From the NCBI GenBank assembly GCA_964013405.1, contig CAXGWI010000098.1, positions 1 through 13,738 of the forward strand: 13,738 nt of DNA, given 5' to 3'. Each line of letters begins with the position of its first letter. Position 1 is the first letter of the stretch. The notes beneath the pieces were generated by a model. It was not told the DNA's origin, did not search any database, and saw only the letters and a list, made by a program, of their open reading frames with translations. Of this stretch, positions 1 to 6,327 are shown in pieces. Made by a program: the position numbers and the translations under genes. The DNA is from an uncultured Myxococcales bacterium (lineage in GTDB: Bacteria; Myxococcota; UBA4151).

Positions 1-176
1 ACCTCCGGGCTCAAGAACGAGCCGATGAGCTCTTGTACCCAGAAGCCGTGGACAAGGTCATGGTGAGTCTCTGCTTACGTCGTCTCACCGAGTTGGGCTT
101 GCTGACCGCTCATGACAGTCATGTGGAGAAGAACTCGCCAGGGCTCGATGCCCTGGAGAAGGCTTTGGTGCCGTGA
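1..176 (+). CDS. Partial CDS (3' end), possibly the C-terminus of a glycerol-3-phosphate acyltransferase (PlsB-like)
   Basis: The frame from base 3 is open and reads LRAQERADELLYPEAVDKVMVSLCLRRLTELGLLTAHDSHVEKNSPGLDALEKALVP*. Its TGA (174-176) overlaps the next GTG (GTGA). 'PEAVDK...L..L.E.GLL' recalls the PlsB C-terminal PE-x-x-D/S-K helix. The product call is tentative because only 57 aa are visible. Confidence 0.45.
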   Translation, partial: LRAQERADELLYPEAVDKVMVSLCLRRLTELGLLTAHDSHVEKNSPGLDALEKALVP

Positions 177-1867
177 TCGACAGTCATTCATTGGACCCAG
201 ATGCCCAAGGCATCTTGGCCACGGCCTTGGGCTTAGCCCAGGTCATGGGCCGGGCTGAGCGACTCGGCCCGGTTGCCGTGTCCCCCCAGCCATGGTCGGG
301 ACCGGTGCCTCAGGCCCCCTGCGATATCGCCGACGTCCTGGGACGGGCACGAGAACACCGCCTCGAGACGGGTGAACGCATTCAAGCAGGCGCCCATCAC
401 ACGCCACCGGAACTGGCTCGAAACCTGGCCCAGCAGGCCCTGGACGGTCGTCAGCCCCAACGGGTCTTGGACCCTTGCTGCGGCGCCGGCGTCTTCCTCT
501 GTGCCGTTGGCGAAGCCCGACTGCGACGGGGCGAGGATCCCTTGGCCGGTTTGCAGGGCTGGGACCGCGACCCCCTAGCCGCCTACACCACCCGCCTGGT
601 GCTCGCCCTGGCCTTCGGCCTTCCCCTCGATGATGAGCGAATCCGTTGTTGCGATGCCCTCGAAGTCGACTGGCCGGAAGTCGATCTCGTGATTACAAAT
701 CCCCCCTTTGTGAGTTCGGGGCTCTCAAAAGGCGGTCTTGGCCCCGAGAAGCGCGAGCAACTCAGAAAGCGGTTCCCCATCGGCTTCCAGAAGCGCAGCG
801 ATCTCGCCGGTGCGTTTGTGGAGGGCGCGGTCCAATCAACAGCCCAAGGGGGCCGTGTTGCCCTGGTCCTGCCAGAATCTCTTCTGGCAACACAGGCTGC
901 CCAGGCCCTGCGGGATTGGCTGACCGAGACGGCGCCCCCAAGCCAGATTCATCTTTTGGGTTCTGACCTCTTTCCAGACGCCCAGGTCCGCACGGCCACA
1001 TGGCGTCTTGAGCGGGGAACTCCCATCGAGAGCTTCAACCTTGAGAGCCGCTCGCCATGGACTCAACGGACGGTACCCGCCGAACAATTACGGCAGGCGC
1101 CTTGGTCTGCGGTCGTGGTCTCTCCTCATCCGCTGCCCGAGATTGAAACGCCCGTCGACGTCACGCCATTGGCCGATCGGGCCCAGTTACGGCGCGGCTT
1201 CACCGACGACTTCTACTTTCTCGCCCGCGCCATCGCTGAAGCCAACAGCCCCCACCCGCCCCACCCTGTCGTCAGCGTCGGGCTTGTCGACCCCGGTCGC
1301 CACTGGTGGGGGGAGCGGCGGGCAAAAATCGCCGGTCAGTGGTACGAACGCCCGGCCTTAGATCCCGAAGCGCTGGCGAACGAAGACCCGAAGAGAGCAG
1401 CCCGTGTTCTGGCGACGCAGCGGGGCAGACGCTTGGTCTTAGCCACGCGCAGTGCGGTGCTTGAGTGTTGCGCCGTGGAGGGTGGGATGATCGCCCAGGT
1501 TCCCCTGATCACCCTCTCTAGCCATGATCCGGACGAACTGGGTCTGATCTATGCCCAACTGCTCTCGCCCTTTGCGACCGCTTGGTACTTGAGCCGTTAT
1601 GGCCACTTGGATCAAACCGGTGCTGGTGTCGATTTGCGCGTGCCCGCGCTGGCCGAAATGCCGATGCGCCCATGGCCTGCGGTCGCCAACAGCGAGCGGA
1701 ACGAGTTGCACCGCCGACTTGAGGCGCTCGCCGCCCATCCCGGAAGTACCGAACTCAAGGCCGTGCAATGCTTCGCACTCGATTTAATGGGTCAGCCCCG
1801 GGAGCAACTGATGACGTGGTGGTGGGAGCGCCTACCGAAGAAGTTGATTGCCGGTTACAACCGGTAG
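173..1867 (+). CDS. N6-adenine DNA methyltransferase, gamma class (TaqI/Eco57I-like N-6 DNA methylase)
   Basis: Motifs appear in gamma-class order: motif X GAHHTPPELA, SAM-binding motif I VLDPCCGAGVFL, GWDRDP, catalytic motif IV DLVITNPPF, then SDLAGAFVE and GGRVALVLPESLL. A C-terminal region probably serves as the target-recognition domain. Confidence 0.85.
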   Translation: MIDSHSLDPDAQGILATALGLAQVMGRAERLGPVAVSPQPWSGPVPQAPCDIADVLGRAREHRLETGERIQAGAHHTPPELARNLAQQALDGRQPQRVLDPCCGAGVFLCAVGEARLRRGEDPLAGLQGWDRDPLAAYTTRLVLALAFGLPLDDERIRCCDALEVDWPEVDLVITNPPFVSSGLSKGGLGPEKREQLRKRFPIGFQKRSDLAGAFVEGAVQSTAQGGRVALVLPESLLATQAAQALRDWLTETAPPSQIHLLGSDLFPDAQVRTATWRLERGTPIESFNLESRSPWTQRTVPAEQLRQAPWSAVVVSPHPLPEIETPVDVTPLADRAQLRRGFTDDFYFLARAIAEANSPHPPHPVVSVGLVDPGRHWWGERRAKIAGQWYERPALDPEALANEDPKRAARVLATQRGRRLVLATRSAVLECCAVEGGMIAQVPLITLSSHDPDELGLIYAQLLSPFATAWYLSRYGHLDQTGAGVDLRVPALAEMPMRPWPAVANSERNELHRRLEALAAHPGSTELKAVQCFALDLMGQPREQLMTWWWERLPKKLIAGYNR

Positions 1868-2985
1868 CCAAAGCCGAGGTTGGCCCGCCAGAGCAAGAGC
1901 TCCGAGCCCCAAGCGGCCGGACTTGCGTTGCCAGTCACCACGTCGCCCGCGATCCGCAGGGTCGAGGTCAAGCCCCCCGCATCGAGGACCTGACGCCACC
2001 CGAGGCCCAGGCCCCATTGACTACGGGAGCGACTAATTGGAATGCCGCCCTCTTGTGTCCAGGAGAGCTGGCCGCGACGGTAATGACCATCCACAAAGAG
2101 TCCGCTGTGGTCGGTTTTAGAGGTCGAAGACTCAGACCCCTTGCGCCAAAGATAGCGCCGCATGCCCAACTCAAAGTCGAGGCCGTAGGCGCTAAAGTTA
2201 CCACCTTCACACAAACAAGGACTGTCCGGCACGTAGCTCAGCTCCAAAACCAGGCTGTTCGTCGATGCGGGCACATCCCATTCGACACCGAGCCCAAGGC
2301 CCCAGCGACGATCGTTACCGGAAAACGCCACTTGGGGTGTCCAGCCCCGTTTGAGCCCATCCAAAAGCTGCGGCACCCCGACCGTCATCTGCTCCTGCAC
2401 CCGTTCGGTGATCGACTTGGGCTGCATGCGGGCGTTCTCCTCCGCCACCTGCGCCTCGAGCGCGGCGGCCGCTGCCTCGTCTTCGCTCAACCGACCGACG
2501 GCCGCGGACAACTGCTCGACCAACTGGGCCTCTCGGCGACCTTCAAGGCTCACTTCCCTGAGCTCCATCCCCCGTTTGTGCTCAACGATTTTCAGACTCA
2601 AGACGATCTGGCCATCTTCTGTGCCCAACTGGCCCATGATGACTTTTTCAACCTCATAGGTCTTCGCCAGTGCCGAGACGCAGCTGATGTCACGGCAGCC
2701 GAAACGCAAGAGGCGAGCGATCGCTGGGTCGAGGGCCTCCTCCTCGGTGGGCACGACCAGTTCAAAGGGGGCGATCTCACGAAAGCGGACCACCAAGCCA
2801 CCATCGAGACGCTCGGCCATCTTGCGCAGGGCCCGGTCGGCGACGATCGGTGCGTAAACAAGGCGCTCCTTAGGCGTCTCCGGCCCGTCCACCGATGCTT
2901 CGACCTCGCCATCGGGACTCGCCGGGGCCGGGTCGGTACCGGGGGCCATCAGGGGAAGAATCATCGCAAATAGGAGGGGCTTCAT
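1855..2985 (-). CDS. Exported protein: N-terminal periplasmic alpha/beta domain, linker helix and C-terminal putative outer-membrane beta-barrel
   Basis: Hydrophobic N-terminus MKPLLFAMILPLMA. AGGA RBS overlapping the upstream stop codon. The segment CRDISCVSALAKTYEVEKVIMGQLG...VLSLKIV resembles myxobacterial TolB-N/CsgG-like periplasmic domains. Alternating amphipathic strands (WGLGLGVEWD, YGLDFELGMRRY, WGLGLGWRQV) and a terminal beta-signal-like ANLGFGYRL. Confidence 0.65.
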   Translation of the reverse strand: MKPLLFAMILPLMAPGTDPAPASPDGEVEASVDGPETPKERLVYAPIVADRALRKMAERLDGGLVVRFREIAPFELVVPTEEEALDPAIARLLRFGCRDISCVSALAKTYEVEKVIMGQLGTEDGQIVLSLKIVEHKRGMELREVSLEGRREAQLVEQLSAAVGRLSEDEAAAAALEAQVAEENARMQPKSITERVQEQMTVGVPQLLDGLKRGWTPQVAFSGNDRRWGLGLGVEWDVPASTNSLVLELSYVPDSPCLCEGGNFSAYGLDFELGMRRYLWRKGSESSTSKTDHSGLFVDGHYRRGQLSWTQEGGIPISRSRSQWGLGLGWRQVLDAGGLTSTLRIAGDVVTGNASPAAWGSELLLWRANLGFGYRL

Positions 2986-2995
2986 GGACAGGTTC

Positions 2996-4366
2996 CTAAG
3001 GCTTCACAGCGGGGGCTGACAAGTCGAGCCCCAAATCATCGACTGCGGAGAACATGCGGGACCAGCGTAGTTGGCCCAGAGTGAGCGGGCCCATGGGAAT
3101 CACCGGCTGGGTCCAGTCATGGCTCAACCAGATGACTGAGGCTTTGCCACGGAGGTAGTCCACAGGCACAGCCCCCCAAGCCCGGGAATCCGATGACCCG
3201 TCCCGGTTATCACCCATCGTGAACACGTAGCCCGGTTGGACCTCACAATAGTCCGGTCGACAGGTCAGCCCCCTGCCAGCCAGCATAAAGATGGCCGACG
3301 GCTCCCGGGGTTGGGGCTGTAAACTGGCTGCGTTGTCGCAATGAAGACGCCCCGCCTGATCGGCCTTTGCCCCGACACACACTTTGCTCATACAGTTTTC
3401 CAGGACGGTTGCGGAGCGCTGTAAACAACCATCGAGTTCAGTCTGGCCCAGTTCTCCCAAGCAGGCTGGCTCGGGCGCGGCTGGCTGACGAGCAAAATAG
3501 CACTGCTCAACAGCGGACTCTGAACGCTCAATGCAGGCAGCCTCATCTCCCACAAACTGCCGACAGGCCCGGTAGAGCTTGTCCGTCCGGTCACGGAAGT
3601 AGGTCATGGGCCAATCATTATAGAAGCGGTGACTTGCTGGGCCAAGCAGGCTGTAATGGGCTGTGTTTCCCGACTGCTCTTGATAGAGTTTGGCCTGAAT
3701 GGGCTTGCCCGTGAGCTTGACTTCATCGGTGTCGAGGAGCGTGTGGGTCCCTAGGCTGCGACGGGGCTGGGGCTGGTCGTTCACGAAGAGATGACCGCCC
3801 ACCACCTTCACCCGGTCCCCTTCCACGGCGACGATACGTTTGATGTAATCTGTATTGAGGGCCACCGGATTGTTAAAGACGGCCACATCCCCTCGAGCCG
3901 GCGCCTGGCCCGACCAGATTCTCTTCGTACTAAAAGGCCAACGGGGGCCATAGTGGAACTTGCGAATGAACACATGATCGCCATGCAGAAGGGTTGGCTT
4001 CATGGACCCCGTGGGAATCTTGAATGGCTCGTAGAGAAAGGCCCGAATGGTGAGGGCGGCCAACAACAGGATCACCAGCTCGAGGATGGACTTCAGGCGC
4101 GGGGACATGACGTGATGACGAAAGCTGCTGTCGTAAATCCCCTTCGCGAGGGCCTCACCGGCTTTCTCTAGGGTTTCAAGTTCGGCCTCCGGGTCACCCA
4201 GGACGCGTTCCCCCTCTTCAAGGGCTGCCTCCAGGGCCTCCCGGTGTTTCGCCCGGACATCAAGGGGCTTCCCCAACAGCTTTTTCGCGGTCTTCACCAA
4301 CGCGGCCAGGGCCTTGAGCATCTTGCGCCGACGAAGATAGGAAAAGGGATTCAACAGGGCATTCAT
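2996..4366 (-). CDS. lepB: Signal peptidase I (S26) with N-terminal helical extension and Cys-rich insertion
   Basis: TM segment ILELVILLLAALTIRAF. Box B PFKIPTGSMKPTL (catalytic Ser), box C RGDVAVF, box D DYIKRIVAVEGD (catalytic Lys), box E MGDNRDGSSDSRAWG. ATG 4366 preferred as start; GTG 4411 or ATG 4321 are possible. Confidence 0.93.
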   Translation of the reverse strand: MNALLNPFSYLRRRKMLKALAALVKTAKKLLGKPLDVRAKHREALEAALEEGERVLGDPEAELETLEKAGEALAKGIYDSSFRHHVMSPRLKSILELVILLLAALTIRAFLYEPFKIPTGSMKPTLLHGDHVFIRKFHYGPRWPFSTKRIWSGQAPARGDVAVFNNPVALNTDYIKRIVAVEGDRVKVVGGHLFVNDQPQPRRSLGTHTLLDTDEVKLTGKPIQAKLYQEQSGNTAHYSLLGPASHRFYNDWPMTYFRDRTDKLYRACRQFVGDEAACIERSESAVEQCYFARQPAAPEPACLGELGQTELDGCLQRSATVLENCMSKVCVGAKADQAGRLHCDNAASLQPQPREPSAIFMLAGRGLTCRPDYCEVQPGYVFTMGDNRDGSSDSRAWGAVPVDYLRGKASVIWLSHDWTQPVIPMGPLTLGQLRWSRMFSAVDDLGLDLSAPAVKP

Positions 4367-4400
4367 CCGGAGTGCTGAATGCAGGAAGGCAGGGCGCGCT

Positions 4401-5051
4401 TCAAGCACCACCGTCCATGCAGAACCAAATCACTCGAACAACGGACTCAGTCGAGATGGCACCCCACTCTCTCGAATCGGCGCTCTCATCACGCCGATCA
4501 GAGAGCAGAAAGAGGTGGTTTGGCGCCACCTGGAAGCCCTTTTGATCCCGGATCATTCCGGGCAGGCGGGCCGGGGAGCCATCCCCGTATTTTTGGGTCA
4601 TGAGATAACTGGGCCAGTCACGGTCATAACCGGCGCCTTGCCGCTCAGGCTGCCAACGGTTTCCCCCGAGTTGCTCATCGCTTTGCCCGTCGCGGGCGCG
4701 CTTCAACCAGCCATCCTTCAACTGGGGGCGATCACCAGCGAGACCGACCACTCGTTTGACCACGAGCCCCAACTCAGCGGGGCCTTGGGCCAAGACCACG
4801 TCACCAAGCCCTGCGGTGGCAAAGGGATGCATAAAACAGCGACTGCCGTCGGCCAAAGCCGGCTCCATACTGTCCCCTTTGATGACCACGGTGCCGCCGA
4901 AGGCCATGTAGCCGGCCAACGCGACCATGGGCATCACCACCAAGGCCAACTTCGAGGCACAACCGCCCTGGGGCTGGTCCTCAAAAGACCCGTCTTCTTC
5001 AGGGATAGCAGAAGCCAAGGCGCTCGCCGTTTTCTGCGGCTCGCCGAGCAT
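4401..5051 (-). CDS. Second, divergent signal peptidase I (S26) paralog
   Basis: TM segment LALVVMPMVALAGYMAF. Box B IKGDSMEPAL, GDVV, box D LVVKRVVGLAGD, and a variant box E LSDRRDESADSREWG. Start uncertain: ATG 5051 overlaps the upstream gene end, alternatives lie near 4934-4950, and the ORF-track GTG 5216 is probably too long. Confidence 0.82.
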   Translation of the reverse strand: MLGEPQKTASALASAIPEEDGSFEDQPQGGCASKLALVVMPMVALAGYMAFGGTVVIKGDSMEPALADGSRCFMHPFATAGLGDVVLAQGPAELGLVVKRVVGLAGDRPQLKDGWLKRARDGQSDEQLGGNRWQPERQGAGYDRDWPSYLMTQKYGDGSPARLPGMIRDQKGFQVAPNHLFLLSDRRDESADSREWGAISTESVVRVIWFCMDGGA

Positions 5052-6327
5052 CGAGGGGCCTACACTGGGTTCCAGGACCGCAGCTTTCGCCCCCCTGCAG
5101 GTCGCAGTACTGCATGCATTGCGCTCCAGCTTCCCGGTCACGGAAGTCGAGCCAACAGCCAGCGCCGTCCGTGCAGGGATTCGGATCTTCGGGACCAGGC
5201 AGCTCGCAGGCTGCACCCAGGGCCACGGGTGCTTCGATACCCGGCAAACATCCCCCCACCAAACTGGAGGTTGAATCGGGAACGCAGGTCGTTCCCCCCG
5301 GGCAGCGCCCTTGCATCACCAGACAGCGTCCGCCGGGCATACAAACACCCACATCATTCAACTGCCCCTGAGGCTGCGCGTCGGCACAGTGTTGACCCGC
5401 TACACAACTGGGACGGCCGGCCAAACTGCGCACACTACACAACTGGCGGCAGACCCCCTCATGGCACCACAGGCCACCGACACAGCGAGTCCCTGTGTCC
5501 GGTCGCGTTGGCCATGGATACGCGCCGCCGGCACAGGTCTGTCCCAGCTGCCGCTGACCCCCCTCGAAACAGACGCCGATAAAGCCGTCATTGCCGTTCA
5601 CTGGATAGCAGGAGCCGCTGTTCTCGCCCTGGCCGTTGCAGGCCCCCAACATGTTGCCGTTGTCGAACCGGGCCTCACCGCAGAAATTATAGAAGCAATG
5701 GTTAAACGGTTCACCATTGACCGGGTCGGTCCAGCAGCGGGTGATGGCGAGGGTGCAGTCATCGGTGCCACCACAGGGCTGCATGCAGCGGGTTTGGTTG
5801 TCCACGAACAGATTCTCGCCAACGCATGACAGCCCCTCTTTGCATTCAAAGGGGCCATTGCAGTCTTGGATGTCCCCCCGATTACACTGAAAGGTGGTCT
5901 CAGACACGTAGTCGCAGAGCCCTCGTTCGTTACAGGTCGCCAGCGCACATTCGATGGGTTCACAGAGATCATCCCGGGGCACGGAGGCTTCCAGGCACCG
6001 GCCCTCGATCTCGTGGCAGCTGCTCAGGCACCCGACTTGCTCGCAAGGCGCTTCGCCGGCGACACACGTGCCGTCGGTACAGGATTCAGCCCCGTTACAG
6101 AACACGCCATCGTCACATTCATCGTCCGTGAAGCAATCCGCATTGGGATCGACACCGCTATCCTCGGGCCCCGAGTCCGGAATGGAACCCCCATCCCGTT
6201 GGCTACCCGCATCGGCTGTGCCCGCATCGGCCAAAGCTCCAGCATCGGGGGCCAAGGTCCCCGCATCCACGGCCGGGCGTCCCGTGCAGGCGCAAAGCAC
6301 CAGAGTCGTATAAGCGAGCCATCTCAT
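4999..6327 (-). CDS. Cysteine-rich secreted lipoprotein (myxobacterial type)
   Basis: ATG 6327 overlaps the upstream TGA (ATGA). Signal MRWLAYTTLVLCAC with a lipobox-like LCAC, then a D[AGS]G linker and a CDDGVFCNGAESC module. About 46 further Cys, including three C-x-Q-x-C modules. Confidence 0.8.
   Translation of the reverse strand: MRWLAYTTLVLCACTGRPAVDAGTLAPDAGALADAGTADAGSQRDGGSIPDSGPEDSGVDPNADCFTDDECDDGVFCNGAESCTDGTCVAGEAPCEQVGCLSSCHEIEGRCLEASVPRDDLCEPIECALATCNERGLCDYVSETTFQCNRGDIQDCNGPFECKEGLSCVGENLFVDNQTRCMQPCGGTDDCTLAITRCWTDPVNGEPFNHCFYNFCGEARFDNGNMLGACNGQGENSGSCYPVNGNDGFIGVCFEGGQRQLGQTCAGGAYPWPTRPDTGTRCVGGLWCHEGVCRQLCSVRSLAGRPSCVAGQHCADAQPQGQLNDVGVCMPGGRCLVMQGRCPGGTTCVPDSTSSLVGGCLPGIEAPVALGAACELPGPEDPNPCTDGAGCWLDFRDREAGAQCMQYCDLQGGESCGPGTQCRPLDARRAAENGERLGFCYP
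6154..6267 (-). repeat. Low-complexity D-[AGS]-G repeat linker within the lipoprotein
   Basis: VDAGTLAPDAGALADAGTADAGSQRDGGSIPDSGPEDSG contains seven DxG units. Confidence 0.7.

Noticed and set aside
1768..2973. 401-aa plus-strand ORF
   Set aside because: Antisense shadow of the beta-barrel gene. It has no recognisable motifs, and long shadow ORFs are expected in GC-rich DNA.
3245..3565. Intein or heme-binding (CxxCH) explanation for the LepB insertion
   Set aside because: No intein terminal His-Asn/Cys junction or LAGLIDADG motif, and no CxxCH motifs.
4515..5582. 355-aa plus-strand ORF
   Set aside because: Lies antisense to the second SPase and the lipoprotein, with Arg/His/Pro-rich non-protein-like composition.
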